Made by a program: the position numbers and the translations under genes | Shown: positions 26,409 to 39,580 of the stretch, piece by piece | How positions within the stretch are numbered: the stretch's first letter is position 1 | Layout of the letters: the number at the start of each line of letters is the position of its first letter | The notes under the pieces: generated by a model | Told to the model about the DNA's origin: nothing | Database searches by the model: none | Seen by the model: only the letters and a program-made list of their open reading frames with translations | Assembly (NCBI RefSeq): GCF_016903815.1 | Contig: NZ_CP069973.1 | DNA: 64,000 nucleotides | DNA from: Escherichia coli | GTDB taxonomy: Bacteria; Pseudomonadota; Gammaproteobacteria; Enterobacterales; Enterobacteriaceae | Strand: one strand, 5' to 3'

Positions 26409-27349
26409 TGATCAGCGACAGCAAACTACTGGCAAGTGCGGCCTGGGATGCACAATCGCTCAACGAACTTAAGGCGAAAACGGGCGAAGATCCGGCGGCA
26501 AATATCCGTCCGGTGGCCCTCCAGGTGGAAGGGATGTTCGTGCAGATGATGTTGAAAAGCATGCGCGACGCTTTACCAAAAGATGGCCTGTTCAGCAGCG
26601 AGCACACTCGCCTGTATACCAGTATGTATGACCAGCAGATTGCCCAACAGATGACGGCGGGCAAAGGTCTGGGGCTGGCAGAGATGATGGTTAAACAGAT
26701 GACGCCAGAACAACCATTGCCAGAGGAGTCCACGCCAGCAGCACCGATGAAATTCCCGCTCGAAACCGTGGTGCGTTATCAAAATCAGACGCTTTCGCAG
26801 CTGGTGCAAAAGGCCGTACCACGTAACTACGATGATTCGCTGCCGGGTGACAGTAAAGCATTCCTCGCGCAACTCTCGCTGCCAGCCCAACTGGCAAGCC
26901 AGCAAAGTGGTGTGCCACATCATTTGATCCTCGCTCAGGCGGCGCTGGAATCTGGCTGGGGACAACGGCAAATCCGCCGTGAAAACGGCGAGCCGAGCTA
27001 TAACCTGTTTGGCGTCAAAGCCTCTGGCAACTGGAAAGGGCCAGTCACTGAAATCACCACGACTGAATATGAAAATGGCGAAGCGAAGAAAGTAAAAGCG
27101 AAGTTTCGGGTCTACAGCTCGTATCTGGAAGCATTGTCGGATTACGTTGGGCTGTTAACGCGTAACCCGCGCTACGCCGCCGTGACGACCGCCGCGAGTG
27201 CGGAGCAGGGGGCGCAGGCCCTACAGGACGCGGGCTATGCCACCGATCCTCACTATGCCCGCAAACTCACCAACATGATTCAGCAGATGAAATCGATAAG
27301 CGACAAGGTGAGCAAAACCTACAGCATGAACATTGATAATCTGTTCTGA
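26408..27349 (+). CDS. flgJ: Flagellar rod-assembly protein / muramidase FlgJ
   Basis: 313-aa protein from [16 protein letters not shown]...; its ATG overlaps the flgI stop (ATGA). Confidence 0.93.
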   Translation: MISDSKLLASAAWDAQSLNELKAKTGEDPAANIRPVALQVEGMFVQMMLKSMRDALPKDGLFSSEHTRLYTSMYDQQIAQQMTAGKGLGLAEMMVKQMTPEQPLPEESTPAAPMKFPLETVVRYQNQTLSQLVQKAVPRNYDDSLPGDSKAFLAQLSLPAQLASQQSGVPHHLILAQAALESGWGQRQIRRENGEPSYNLFGVKASGNWKGPVTEITTTEYENGEAKKVKAKFRVYSSYLEALSDYVGLLTRNPRYAAVTTAASAEQGAQALQDAGYATDPHYARKLTNMIQQMKSISDKVSKTYSMNIDNLF

Positions 27350-27354
27350 ATAAC

Positions 27355-27381
27355 TCAAGTCCGGCGGGTCGCTGCCGATAA
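27355..27381 (+). promoter_or_regulatory. Candidate sigma-28 class 3 promoter of flgKL
   Basis: Perfect -10 GCCGATAA at 27374..27381, with a weaker -35 (TCAAGTCC) 11 bp upstream. Confidence 0.6.
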
Positions 27382-27414
27382 TACTCTGTAATTGAAGGCT
27401 TATAAGGAACCTCC

Positions 27415-29058
27415 ATGTCCAGCTTGATCAATAACGCCATGAGCGGACTGAACGCGGCCCAGGCGGCGTTAAATACGGCAAGTAATAATATCTCCAGCTA
27501 TAACGTTGCCGGATATACCCGCCAAACCACTATTATGGCGCAGGCCAATAGCACGTTGGGCGCTGGCGGCTGGGTTGGCAATGGCGTCTACGTTTCTGGT
27601 GTGCAGCGTGAGTATGATGCGTTTATTACCAACCAGTTACGTGCGGCGCAGACGCAAAGTAGCGGCCTGACTGCCCGCTATGAGCAGATGTCGAAAATCG
27701 ACAATATGCTCTCCACCAGTACCTCTTCGCTGGCAACACAGATGCAGGATTTCTTCACCAGCCTGCAAACGCTGGTGAGTAACGCGGAAGATCCGGCAGC
27801 GCGCCAGGCGCTGATTGGGAAATCAGAAGGGTTGGTGAATCAGTTTAAAACCACCGATCAATATCTGCGCGACCAGGACAAACAGGTCAATATCGCGATA
27901 GGTGCCAGTGTTGATCAGATCAACAATTACGCTAAACAAATCGCCAGCCTGAACGATCAAATCTCCCGCCTGACAGGCGTGGGGGCAGGGGCATCACCTA
28001 ACAATCTGCTGGATCAACGCGATCAACTGGTGAGCGAATTAAACCAGATTGTTGGCGTAGAAGTCAGCGTTCAGGATGGTGGCACTTATAACATCACGAT
28101 GGCCAATGGCTACTCACTGGTTCAGGGAAGTACGGCGCGGCAACTTGCGGCAGTTCCTTCCAGCGCCGACCCTTCTCGTACGACTGTCGCTTATGTTGAT
28201 GGGACGACAGGCAATATTGAGATCCCGGAGAAATTACTGAATACCGGGTCGCTGGGCGGCATTCTGACATTCCGTTCTCAGGATCTTGACCAGACGCGTA
28301 ATACGCTTGGACAACTGGCGCTGGCATTTGCCGAGGCTTTCAACACCCAACACAAAGCCGGATTTGATGCTAACGGCGATGCCGGTGAAGATTTCTTTGC
28401 TATCGGTAAGCCCGCGGTTCTGCAAAACACGAAAAACAAAGGTGACGTTGCGATCGGTGCCACGGTAACTGATGCCTCAGCGGTACTGGCGACAGATTAC
28501 AAAATCTCGTTCGATAATAATCAGTGGCAGGTCACCCGCCTTGCCAGCAATACCACTTTTACGGTGACGCCGGATGCCAACGGTAAAGTGGCATTTGATG
28601 GTCTGGAGTTGACGTTTACAGGAACGCCTGCCGTTAACGACAGCTTCACGCTGAAACCGGTAAGTGACGCCATCGTCAACATGGATGTATTAATCACCGA
28701 CGAAGCGAAAATCGCCATGGCGAGCGCAGAAGATGCGGGTGATAGCGACAACCGCAACGGTCAGGCCCTGCTCGATCTGCAAAGCAACAGTAAAACGGTG
28801 GGCGGTGCGAAATCCTTTAACGACGCTTATGCCTCGTTAGTGAGTGATATCGGTAATAAAACCGCGACGTTGAAAACCAGTAGCACCACTCAAGGTAATG
28901 TGGTGACGCAGCTTTCCAATCAGCAGCAGTCGATTTCCGGTGTCAATCTCGATGAGGAGTACGGAAATCTGCAACGTTTTCAGCAGTATTACCTCGCGAA
29001 TGCGCAGGTTCTGCAGACGGCAAACGCGATTTTTGATGCGCTGATTAACATTCGCTAA
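27415..29058 (+). CDS. flgK: Flagellar hook-associated protein 1 FlgK
   Basis: 547-aa protein matching FlgK. Confidence 0.95.
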   Translation: MSSLINNAMSGLNAAQAALNTASNNISSYNVAGYTRQTTIMAQANSTLGAGGWVGNGVYVSGVQREYDAFITNQLRAAQTQSSGLTARYEQMSKIDNMLSTSTSSLATQMQDFFTSLQTLVSNAEDPAARQALIGKSEGLVNQFKTTDQYLRDQDKQVNIAIGASVDQINNYAKQIASLNDQISRLTGVGAGASPNNLLDQRDQLVSELNQIVGVEVSVQDGGTYNITMANGYSLVQGSTARQLAAVPSSADPSRTTVAYVDGTTGNIEIPEKLLNTGSLGGILTFRSQDLDQTRNTLGQLALAFAEAFNTQHKAGFDANGDAGEDFFAIGKPAVLQNTKNKGDVAIGATVTDASAVLATDYKISFDNNQWQVTRLASNTTFTVTPDANGKVAFDGLELTFTGTPAVNDSFTLKPVSDAIVNMDVLITDEAKIAMASAEDAGDSDNRNGQALLDLQSNSKTVGGAKSFNDAYASLVSDIGNKTATLKTSSTTQGNVVTQLSNQQQSISGVNLDEEYGNLQRFQQYYLANAQVLQTANAIFDALINIR

Positions 29059-29069
29059 GGGGAGATAAA

Positions 29070-30023
29070 ATGCGTTTCAGTACCCAGATGATGTACCAGC
29101 AAAACATGCGCGGCATCACCAATTCTCAGGCAGAATGGATGAAGTACGGCGAACAGATGTCGACGGGTAAGCGAGTCGTTAACCCTTCAGATGATCCCAT
29201 TGCTGCATCACAAGCTGTTGTTCTCTCCCAGGCACAGGCGCAAAACAGCCAGTACACGCTGGCGCGTACTTTCGCCACTCAAAAAGTGTCACTGGAAGAG
29301 AGTGTACTTAGCCAGGTCACCACCGCTATCCAGAATGCTCAGGAAAAAATTGTCTACGCCAGCAATGGCACCTTGAGTGACGATGACCGTGCCTCGCTGG
29401 CTACGGATATTCAGGGGCTTCGTGACCAGTTGCTGAATCTGGCGAACACCACTGACGGTAACGGGCGCTACATTTTTGCCGGTTATAAAACAGAAACTGC
29501 GCCGTTTAGTGAGGCGGATGGCAAATACGAAGGCGGAGCAGAAAGTATTAAACAACAGGTCGATGCTTCGCGTTCGATGGTGATAGGGCACACGGGTGAC
29601 AAAATTTTCGACAGTATTACCAGCAACGCGGTAGCGGAACCAGACGGTAGCGCTTCTGAAACCAATCTTTTTGCCATGCTGGATAGCGCCATCGCAGCCC
29701 TAAAAACGCCGGTCGCGGATAGCGAAGCGGATAAAGAAACCGCCGCTGCGGCACTGGATAAAACCAACCGCGGACTGAAAAACTCGCTGAACAATGTGCT
29801 GACTGTTCGCGCGGAATTAGGCACGCAGCTGAACGAACTGGAGTCGCTGGATTCATTAGGTAGCGATCGCGCTTTAGGGCAAACGCAGCAGATGAGCGAT
29901 CTGGTTGATGTGGACTGGAATGCAACTATTTCATCTTACATCATGCAGCAAACGGCATTGCAGGCATCGTATAAAGCATTTACCGATATGCAGGGATTGT
30001 CGCTGTTCCAGCTCAACAAATAA
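29070..30023 (+). CDS. flgL: Flagellar hook-associated protein 3 FlgL
   Basis: 317-aa protein matching FlgL. Confidence 0.95.
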   Translation: MRFSTQMMYQQNMRGITNSQAEWMKYGEQMSTGKRVVNPSDDPIAASQAVVLSQAQAQNSQYTLARTFATQKVSLEESVLSQVTTAIQNAQEKIVYASNGTLSDDDRASLATDIQGLRDQLLNLANTTDGNGRYIFAGYKTETAPFSEADGKYEGGAESIKQQVDASRSMVIGHTGDKIFDSITSNAVAEPDGSASETNLFAMLDSAIAALKTPVADSEADKETAAAALDKTNRGLKNSLNNVLTVRAELGTQLNELESLDSLGSDRALGQTQQMSDLVDVDWNATISSYIMQQTALQASYKAFTDMQGLSLFQLNK

Positions 30024-30117
30024 GCTCGCTTTAAAACATATCATGAAACTGGGTATGTTTTCTCTGCCTGCTCTGGGATCGCCGGGGCGGGCATTTTTTT
30101 GCATGAGACATAACGAA

Positions 30118-30902
<785 letters not shown>

Positions 30903-30933
30903 AAATATATCCTTCGGCTTTGCATGGATGATA

Positions 30934-30963
30934 ATTATACAGCGCATGTAACGCTAATGTCAT
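30934..30963 (-). promoter_or_regulatory. Candidate sigma-70 promoter of the antitoxin-toxin operon
   Basis: Minus strand: -35 ATGACA, 18-bp spacer, consensus -10 TATAAT; palindrome ATAATTAT overlaps the -10 and could be an autoregulatory operator. Confidence 0.45.
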
Positions 30964-30994
30964 TACAACAAAGATGCTACCCTGAAATAAAAAA

Positions 30995-31014
30995 GCCCTG
31001 GCAGTTACCAGGGC
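30995..31014 (-). terminator. Rho-independent terminator of rne
   Basis: gccctgg-cagtta-ccagggc hairpin followed on the minus strand by TTTTTT, about 20 bp past the rne stop. Confidence 0.7.
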
Positions 31015-31034
31015 TTGATTACTTGAGCTAATTA

Positions 31035-34000
31035 TTACTCAACAGGTTGCGGACGCGCAGGAGCGGCAGAGGCATGATGCGTTGCCGTATGACCACCTGC
31101 AGCACCTTTACCTTCGAAGGCAAAAGTAGGGCGCTGCCAGTCACTGTGACGCGGTGCCTCCGGAACATATTCCGGTGCCGGAGCGCGCGTCATTGGCGCG
31201 GTAGCGTGGTTATGCTCAACGGTGACCTCAGGTTTAACCGCGGCTACCGTTTCAACTTCTGCTGCGACTTCGGCGACGACTGGCGCGGCAGGTTGAGCAA
31301 CAACTTCAGGTTCAGCAACCACAACCTCAGCAGTTTCGGCAACTTCTTCAATATCAGCCGTCTCTTCCTGCGGTTCAACCACCGGTTCTGCGTGTTCTGC
31401 AACTTCCTGGGCTATGGCAACATCAGACTCGGTAATCACCTGCGGCTGTTCAGTTACCGCGGCGGCAATCACTTCAGGATGCGTCGTTTCAACCACTTCC
31501 GGTTGCGGTTCGGCAACCTGAACGGGGGCTTCTACAACTTCAGCCACTTCTTCAACAACCGGTGCGCTAACAACAGGTTCGACAGCGGCGGCGACAGGGA
31601 CCTCAGTCACCATCGGCTGCACTTGTACTTCTTCCTGTTCGCGCTGCTCTTCAACCTGTACATCTTGCGGACGTACAATTGGATAGCGGATCCAGACTTT
31701 GCCAGAGGCCAGTTCCGGAGATGCGCACGCTACGGTCAACGGCATTGGCGATTGGGTTGGATAACGCTCGTCACGATAGCGACGACGACGCTGACCACTC
31801 ACGCGCAGGTGACGAGGCGAGCGGCGAGAACGACGCGGCATGCCACCGTTGTCACGGTTATCGGCATTGTTCTCTTCTTGCTGTTCTGGTGCAGCTTGCG
31901 CTACGACTGGCAGCGGGACTTTCACCAGTTCTGTGCGTGGAGCTGGCGCTTCCTGAACAATTGGTTCGGCAGCGACAGTTTCTTCAACCACCGGTGCGAC
32001 TACCGCTTCTTCGGCTACGCTTTGCTCGTAACGCACTTTCTGATTGAGCTGACGCTGTTTACGACGCGGCTGAACCGGACGTACACGTTCTTCCTGTTCG
32101 GTTTCCTGAACAGATTGCTCTTCAACATTCAGCGCCTTCGCTTCTTGTTGCGCCTGACGTTTATCATCGTTACGGCGGCGGCTACGTTCACGACGCGGCG
32201 CTTGCTGCTCGTCGGTGGTACGTGCTTTTTCCGTTACCTCAGCCTGCTGACGGCTCTCACGCGTCTCGGCAGTCTGCTGCTGTGCCTGGCGACGATTACG
32301 ACGGTTTTCTTCGCGATTATCGCTGCCTTCAGTACGTTCACTACGGGTGTCGCGGCGCTCATTACGGTCACGGCGGTTGTTCTGACGAGGCTTGCGACGA
32401 TCCTGTTGACGTTCCGGTTTCGCTTCTGCTTTCGGTGCTGGTTGCTCGGCCGGTTTGGTTTCTTCACCACCGCTGAATAGCGCTTTCAGTGCGCCGAAGA
32501 AGCGGCTCAACAACCCTGGTTGTGCAGGAGATGCTGGTGTTGCCGTTGCAGCTTTAGGTGCTGGGGCTACAACAGGGGCGGCAGGTTCAGCTGGGGTTGG
32601 AGCTGGCGGCACATCCGGCATGGCAAAGGTTGCCAGCGCAGGTTGTTCAGGACGCTTACGTTCAGCGAACTCTTCTTCAGACGGCAGCGCCATCGCTTCT
32701 TCATGCAGCTTCGGCAGCATGTAGCTTAAGGTTGGAGTTTCTTCCCCTTTACGCACGCGCAGCACATGGTAGTGCGGGGTTTCCATCTGATCGTTTGGCA
32801 CAATCACACAGCGCACGCCGTCCTGACGAGTTTCAATCGCATTCACTGCAGAACGTTTTTCATTCAGCAGGTAAGACGCGATTGGCACAGGAACAATGGC
32901 GTGAACTTCCTGAGTGTTCTCTTTCAGCGCTTCTTCTTCGATCAGACGCAGAATAGAGAGCGACAACGATTCGTTGTCACGCACGGTACCGGTACCGGAG
33001 CAGCGCGGGCAGACGTGATGGCTGGATTCACCCAGTGATGGGCTCAGACGCTGACGGGACATTTCCAGCAGGCCAAAGCGAGAAATATGGCTGATTTGAA
33101 TACGCGCCCGGTCCTGACGCACCGCTTCACGCAGACGGTTTTCTACCGCACGCTGGTGGCGTACTGGCGTCATGTCGATGAAGTCGATAACAATCAGGCC
33201 GCCGAGGTCACGCAGGCGCAGCTGACGAGCAATCTCATCGGCAGCTTCGAGGTTGGTGTTAAACGCGGTTTCTTCGATATCGCCGCCGCGGGTCGCGCGT
33301 GCGGAGTTGATGTCGATGGCGGTTAACGCTTCGGTGCTGTCGATAACAATGGAACCACCGGATGGCAGACGAACTTCACGCTGGAAGGCGGACTCAATCT
33401 GTGACTCGATCTGGTAGTGGCTGAACAGCGGGATCTCGCCGGTGTACAGTTTGATTTTGCTGCTGAAATCCGGGCGACCTAATGCAGCGATATGCTGGCG
33501 TGCCAGTTCGAGCACTTTCGGGTTATCGATAAGGATTTCGCCGATGTCCTGACGTAAGTAATCGCGGAATGCGCGAACGATTACGTTGCTCTCCTGATGA
33601 ATCAGGAACGGAGCTGGGCGGCTTTCAGCGGCTTTTTTGATGGCTTCCCAGTGTTTCAGACGGAAGCTTAAATCCCATTGCAGCGCCTCAGCAGATTTGC
33701 CGACGCCAGCGGTGCGCACGATAAGCCCCATGCCTTCCGGCAGTTCAAGGCTTGCCAGTGCTTCTTTTAATTCGGTACGGTCGTCGCCTTCGATACGACG
33801 AGAAATGCCACCCGCGCGCGGGTTGTTCGGCATCAGAACCAGATAGCTACCCGCCAGACTGATAAAGGTGGTTAATGCCGCGCCTTTGTTGCCGCGCTCT
33901 TCTTTATCGATCTGAACAATGACTTCCTGACCTTCACGCAACACATCTTTAATGTTGGGACGACCATGAGCACTGTAGTTAGCAGGGAAATATTCGCGGG

Positions 34001-34220
34001 CAATTTCTTTTAGTGGGAGGAAACCGTGACGTTCAGCGCCGTAATCAACAAAAGCAGCTTCCAGACTCGGTTCAATGCGGGTGATTTTACCTTTGTAGAT
34101 GTTTGCCTTTTTCTGCTCGTGCCCTGGACTTTCGATATCCAGGTCATACAGACGCTGCCCATCTACAAGGGCAACGCGCAACTCTTCCTGCTGAGTTGCG
34201 TTGATTAACATTCTTTTCAT
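31035..34220 (-). CDS. rne: Ribonuclease E
   Basis: 1061-aa protein with S1/catalytic N-terminal half and an Arg/Glu/Pro-rich low-complexity C-terminal scaffold. Confidence 0.97.
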   Translation of the reverse strand: MKRMLINATQQEELRVALVDGQRLYDLDIESPGHEQKKANIYKGKITRIEPSLEAAFVDYGAERHGFLPLKEIAREYFPANYSAHGRPNIKDVLREGQEVIVQIDKEERGNKGAALTTFISLAGSYLVLMPNNPRAGGISRRIEGDDRTELKEALASLELPEGMGLIVRTAGVGKSAEALQWDLSFRLKHWEAIKKAAESRPAPFLIHQESNVIVRAFRDYLRQDIGEILIDNPKVLELARQHIAALGRPDFSSKIKLYTGEIPLFSHYQIESQIESAFQREVRLPSGGSIVIDSTEALTAIDINSARATRGGDIEETAFNTNLEAADEIARQLRLRDLGGLIVIDFIDMTPVRHQRAVENRLREAVRQDRARIQISHISRFGLLEMSRQRLSPSLGESSHHVCPRCSGTGTVRDNESLSLSILRLIEEEALKENTQEVHAIVPVPIASYLLNEKRSAVNAIETRQDGVRCVIVPNDQMETPHYHVLRVRKGEETPTLSYMLPKLHEEAMALPSEEEFAERKRPEQPALATFAMPDVPPAPTPAEPAAPVVAPAPKAATATPASPAQPGLLSRFFGALKALFSGGEETKPAEQPAPKAEAKPERQQDRRKPRQNNRRDRNERRDTRSERTEGSDNREENRRNRRQAQQQTAETRESRQQAEVTEKARTTDEQQAPRRERSRRRNDDKRQAQQEAKALNVEEQSVQETEQEERVRPVQPRRKQRQLNQKVRYEQSVAEEAVVAPVVEETVAAEPIVQEAPAPRTELVKVPLPVVAQAAPEQQEENNADNRDNGGMPRRSRRSPRHLRVSGQRRRRYRDERYPTQSPMPLTVACASPELASGKVWIRYPIVRPQDVQVEEQREQEEVQVQPMVTEVPVAAAVEPVVSAPVVEEVAEVVEAPVQVAEPQPEVVETTHPEVIAAAVTEQPQVITESDVAIAQEVAEHAEPVVEPQEETADIEEVAETAEVVVAEPEVVAQPAAPVVAEVAAEVETVAAVKPEVTVEHNHATAPMTRAPAPEYVPEAPRHSDWQRPTFAFEGKGAAGGHTATHHASAAPARPQPVE

Positions 34221-34581
34221 CGTAACTTACTCATTATTCTTACATTGACGACTAAGCTGCGGGCAAAGTAACGCCTTTCCGGGTGTGAACCGATGGCCTC
34301 GTGTCTAGTCGCGTCGCCAACCTCACGGTTATCGTCAGCTCAAAGAGGCGCAGAGTGTCGGTTGCCCGTTTTTCATGCGGAAAAACAGCGCAATTATCAA
34401 AGAAACAGACTGGGTATTACTCTCCAGAAATATTTCCATCTACCGGTAAGGACTGCAACCCGCAGCCCGCTAACTGCCTGAAAGATCAATACGTCTTACG
34501 CCATTGCTGCGTGGATGATCGGTCGGGCAAAATGGGTTATTCCGTAAAATTTCTTGTTTTAACAAGGATGGACACGGAAAC
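34221..34581 (-). promoter_or_regulatory. rne 5' untranslated leader (autoregulatory)
   Basis: Long untranslated region upstream of the rne ATG; its extent (about 360 nt) is taken from established E. coli knowledge, not measured here. Confidence 0.55.
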
Positions 34582-34792
34582 GGCCTCATTATTCCACTGC
34601 AAGCCTTGTTATAGCAAGATGACTTTTACCATTTATCACCCGCTTACTCACAGTTTTTTCACTTCTTGCTGGTGATTGGTTTAATAACCATCAATAAAGT
34701 GATCACGTAGTGAAGTAATAAGGTGCAAAACTAAATATAAGCATAGAAAAATGAGTGGCGCGAATCCTGTTGACTAATTAGAATCGCCCACC

Positions 34793-35752
34793 ATGAAAAC
34801 AGAGACTCCATCCGTAAAAATTGTTGCTATCACCGCTGACGAAGCGGGGCAACGTATCGATAACTTTTTGCGTACCCAATTGAAAGGCGTACCAAAAAGT
34901 ATGATTTACCGTATTTTGCGTAAAGGCGAAGTGCGGGTGAACAAAAAACGTATTAAGCCTGAATATAAACTCGAAGCGGGTGATGAGGTGCGTATCCCAC
35001 CGGTTCGCGTTGCTGAACGGGAAGAAGAGGCGGTTTCGCCACATCTGCAAAAGGTGGCGGCGCTGGCGGACGTCATCTTATATGAAGATGACCATATCCT
35101 GGTGCTGAATAAACCTTCCGGTACGGCGGTACATGGCGGTAGTGGTTTAAGCTTCGGCGTTATCGAAGGTTTGCGGGCGTTGCGCCCGGAAGCGCGGTTC
35201 CTTGAACTGGTTCATCGTCTCGACCGGGACACTTCAGGTGTGTTGCTGGTAGCGAAAAAACGCTCGGCGTTGCGTTCTCTGCATGAGCAATTACGTGAAA
35301 AAGGGATGCAAAAAGATTACCTGGCGCTGGTGCGCGGTCAGTGGCAGTCGCATGTGAAGAGCGTTCAAGCGCCGTTATTGAAAAATATTCTGCAAAGCGG
35401 CGAACGTATCGTGCGTGTGAGTCAGGAAGGCAAACCGTCGGAAACACGCTTTAAAGTGGAAGAACGCTATGCTTTTGCCACCCTGGTGCGTTGTAGCCCG
35501 GTAACAGGGCGTACTCATCAGATCCGTGTTCATACACAGTATGCGGGTCATCCGATTGCCTTTGACGATCGCTACGGTGACCGTGAATTTGACAGACAGC
35601 TCACTGAAGCAGGCACGGGATTAAATCGCCTGTTCCTGCACGCTGCAGCGTTGAAGTTTACTCATCCGGGGACCGGTGAGGTGATGCGTATCGAAGCGCC
35701 GATGGATGAAGGTTTGAAGCGTTGTTTGCAAAAGCTGCGTAACGCGCGCTAA
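34793..35752 (+). CDS. rluC: 23S rRNA pseudouridine(955/2504/2580) synthase RluC
   Basis: 319-aa protein with S4 domain and RluA-family catalytic core (HRLDRDTSG). Confidence 0.95.
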   Translation: MKTETPSVKIVAITADEAGQRIDNFLRTQLKGVPKSMIYRILRKGEVRVNKKRIKPEYKLEAGDEVRIPPVRVAEREEEAVSPHLQKVAALADVILYEDDHILVLNKPSGTAVHGGSGLSFGVIEGLRALRPEARFLELVHRLDRDTSGVLLVAKKRSALRSLHEQLREKGMQKDYLALVRGQWQSHVKSVQAPLLKNILQSGERIVRVSQEGKPSETRFKVEERYAFATLVRCSPVTGRTHQIRVHTQYAGHPIAFDDRYGDREFDRQLTEAGTGLNRLFLHAAALKFTHPGTGEVMRIEAPMDEGLKRCLQKLRNAR

Positions 35753-35783
35753 TACAAGCATATAAACCTGATAATGGGCGGTT

Positions 35784-35855
35784 GGCCTGATAAGGCGTTT
35801 ACGCCGCATCAGGCCGCCAGCACCGATTGCCGGATGCGAAGTAACCGCATCCGGC
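35784..35855. repeat. REP/BIME-type palindromic repeats between rluC and yceF
   Basis: gcctgataaggcgtttacgccgcatcaggc and gccggatgcgaagtaaccgcatccggc. Confidence 0.7.
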
Positions 35856-35863
35856 GCAAACAA

Positions 35864-36448
35864 CTATCCCATCAGCGGGTTTTTCCCTTCCCGACGTAAC
35901 ATCTGACACAGCGCGATTAGCGGTAAACCAACCAGCGTGTTAGGATCACGCCCCTCTAAACGCTCAAACAGCGTAATGCCAAATCCTTCACTCTTAAAGC
36001 TACCCGCGCAGTGCAGGGGATGCTCTTTACGCACGTAATTATCAATCTCCGCCTCGCTCAGGTGACGGAAATGGACGTCAAAAGGCTCCACTTCTGTTTG
36101 TAGATGCCCATTCGCCGAATTAAACAACGCCAGTCCAGTATAGAAGGTGACGATATTGCCGCTGGCTTTGCGTAATTGCAGACGGGCATTTTCTTCCGTT
36201 AACGGTTTACCGGTGATTTCGCCATCAAGAACACATACCTGGTCTGAACCAATAATTAAATGATCCGGATAACGTGACGCCAGAGATTGCGCTTTTTCTT
36301 GTGCCAGTCGAAGCACCAACTGTCGCGGTGATTCGTCGCTGCGTGGGGTTTCGTCGACCTCTGGTGCTGCACATTCAAAAGAGATTTGCAGTTTTTCCAG
36401 AAGAGCGCGACGCCAGGGCGAGGTGGAGGCTAAAATAAGTTTAGGCAT
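35864..36448 (-). CDS. yceF: Maf-like nucleotide pyrophosphatase YceF
   Basis: 194-aa protein from [20 protein letters not shown]... Confidence 0.9.
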
Positions 36449-36634
36449 ATTTTTTTCCATCAGATATAGCGTATTGATGATAGCCATTTTAAACTATGCG
36501 CTTCGTTTTGCAGGTTGATGTTCGTTATCAGCACTGAACGAAAATAAAGCAGTAACCCGCAATGTGTGCGAATTATTGGCAAAAGGCAACCACAGGCTGC
36601 CTTTTTCTTTGACTCTATGACGTTACAAAGTTAA

Positions 36635-37168
<534 letters not shown>

Positions 37169-37207
37169 TTGGTGCTCCCCGTTGGATCGGGGATAAACCG
37201 TAATTGA

Positions 37208-37393
<186 letters not shown>

Positions 37394-37473
37394 TCACGCG
37401 TCTGCGTGATGAAGCTTAGTGAGGATTTTCCCCAGGCAACTGGGGAAAGACCAAACCGGGCGGCGACGATACC

Positions 37474-38544
37474 TTGACACGTCTAACCCTGGCGTTAGAT
37501 GTCATGGGAGGGGATTTTGGCCCTTCCGTGACAGTGCCTGCAGCATTGCAGGCACTGAATTCTAATTCGCAACTCACTCTTCTTTTAGTCGGCAATCCCG
37601 ACGCCATCACGCCATTGCTTGCTAAAGCTGACTTTGAACAACGTTCGCGTCTGCAGATTATTCCTGCGCAGTCAGTTATCGCCAGTGATGCCCGGCCTTC
37701 GCAAGCTATCCGCGCCAGTCGTGGGAGTTCAATGCGCGTGGCCCTGGAGCTGGTGAAAGAAGGTCGAGCGCAAGCCTGTGTCAGTGCCGGTAATACCGGG
37801 GCGCTGATGGGGCTGGCAAAATTATTACTCAAGCCCCTGGAGGGGATTGAGCGTCCGGCGCTGGTGACGGTATTACCGCATCAGCAAAAGGGCAAAACGG
37901 TGGTCCTCGATTTAGGGGCCAACGTCGATTGTGACAGCACAATGTTGGTGCAATTTGCCATTATGGGCTCAGTCCTGGCTGAAGAGGTGGTGGAAATTCC
38001 CAATCCTCGCGTGGCGTTGCTCAATATTGGTGAAGAAGAAGTAAAGGGTCTCGACAGTATTCGGGATGCCTCAGCGGTGCTTAAAACAATCCCTTCTATC
38101 AATTATATCGGCTATCTTGAAGCCAATGAGTTGTTAACTGGCAAGACAGATGTGCTGGTTTGTGACGGCTTTACAGGAAATGTCACATTAAAGACGATGG
38201 AAGGTGTTGTCAGGATGTTCCTTTCTCTGCTGAAATCTCAGGGTGAAGGGAAAAAACGGTCGTGGTGGCTACTGTTATTAAAGCGTTGGCTACAAAAGAG
38301 CCTGACGAGGCGATTCAGTCACCTCAACCCCGACCAGTATAACGGCGCCTGTCTGTTAGGATTGCGCGGCACGGTGATAAAAAGTCATGGTGCAGCCAAT
38401 CAGCGAGCTTTTGCGGTCGCGATTGAACAGGCAGTGCAGGCGGTGCAGCGACAAGTTCCTCAGCGAATTGCCGCTCGCCTGGAATCTGTATACCCAGCTG
38501 GTTTTGAGCTGCTGGACGGTGGCAAAAGCGGAACTCTGCGGTAG
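37474..38544 (+). CDS. plsX: Phosphate acyltransferase PlsX
   Basis: 356-aa protein matching PlsX. Confidence 0.93.
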
Positions 38545-38611
38545 CAGGACGCTGCCAGCGAACTCGCAGTTTGCAAGTGACGGTATATAACCGAAAAGTG
38601 ACTGAGCGTAC

Positions 38612-39565
38612 ATGTATACGAAGATTATTGGTACTGGCAGCTATCTGCCCGAACAAGTGCGGACAAACGCCGATTTGGAAAAAATGGTGGACACCTCTGA
38701 CGAGTGGATTGTCACTCGTACCGGTATCCGCGAACGCCACATTGCCGCGCCAAACGAAACCGTTTCAACCATGGGCTTTGAAGCGGCGACACGCGCAATT
38801 GAGATGGCGGGCATTGAGAAAGACCAGATTGGCCTGATCGTTGTGGCAACGACTTCTGCTACGCACGCTTTCCCGAGCGCAGCTTGTCAGATTCAAAGCA
38901 TGCTGGGCATTAAAGGTTGCCCGGCATTTGACGTTGCAGCAGCCTGCGCAGGTTTCACCTATGCATTAAGCGTAGCCGATCAATACGTGAAATCTGGGGC
39001 GGTGAAGTATGCTCTGGTCGTCGGTTCCGATGTACTGGCGCGCACCTGCGATCCAACAGATCGTGGGACTATTATTATTTTTGGCGATGGCGCGGGCGCT
39101 GCGGTGCTGGCTGCCTCTGAAGAGCCGGGAATCATCTCCACCCATCTGCATGCCGACGGTAGCTATGGTGAGTTGCTGACGCTGCCTAATGCTGACCGTG
39201 TGAATCCAGAGAATTCAATTCATCTGACGATGGCGGGCAACGAAGTCTTCAAGGTTGCGGTAACAGAACTGGCGCACATCGTTGATGAGACGCTGACGGC
39301 GAATAATCTTGACCGTTCTCAACTGGACTGGCTGGTTCCGCATCAGGCTAACCTGCGTATTATCAGTGCAACGGCGAAAAAACTCGGCATGTCGATGGAC
39401 AATGTCGTGGTGACGCTGGATCGCCACGGTAATACCTCTGCGGCCTCTGTCCCGTGCGCTCTGGATGAAGCTGTACGCGACGGGCGCATTAAGCCGGGGC
39501 AGTTGGTTCTGCTTGAAGCCTTTGGCGGTGGATTCACCTGGGGCTCCGCGCTGGTTCGTTTCTAG
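38612..39565 (+). CDS. fabH: 3-oxoacyl-ACP synthase III FabH
   Basis: 317-aa protein with active-site Cys context (AACAGF). Confidence 0.96.
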   Translation: MYTKIIGTGSYLPEQVRTNADLEKMVDTSDEWIVTRTGIRERHIAAPNETVSTMGFEAATRAIEMAGIEKDQIGLIVVATTSATHAFPSAACQIQSMLGIKGCPAFDVAAACAGFTYALSVADQYVKSGAVKYALVVGSDVLARTCDPTDRGTIIIFGDGAGAAVLAASEEPGIISTHLHADGSYGELLTLPNADRVNPENSIHLTMAGNEVFKVAVTELAHIVDETLTANNLDRSQLDWLVPHQANLRIISATAKKLGMSMDNVVVTLDRHGNTSAASVPCALDEAVRDGRIKPGQLVLLEAFGGGFTWGSALVRF

Positions 39566-39580
39566 GATAAGGATTAAAAC

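Noticed and set aside
31047-32480. 477-aa plus-strand ORF
   Set aside because: Antisense to rne; the open frame is a by-product of the low-complexity, Arg/Glu/Pro-rich C-terminal half of RNase E. Its translation is Phe/Arg/Leu/Asn-rich with no recognisable domain.
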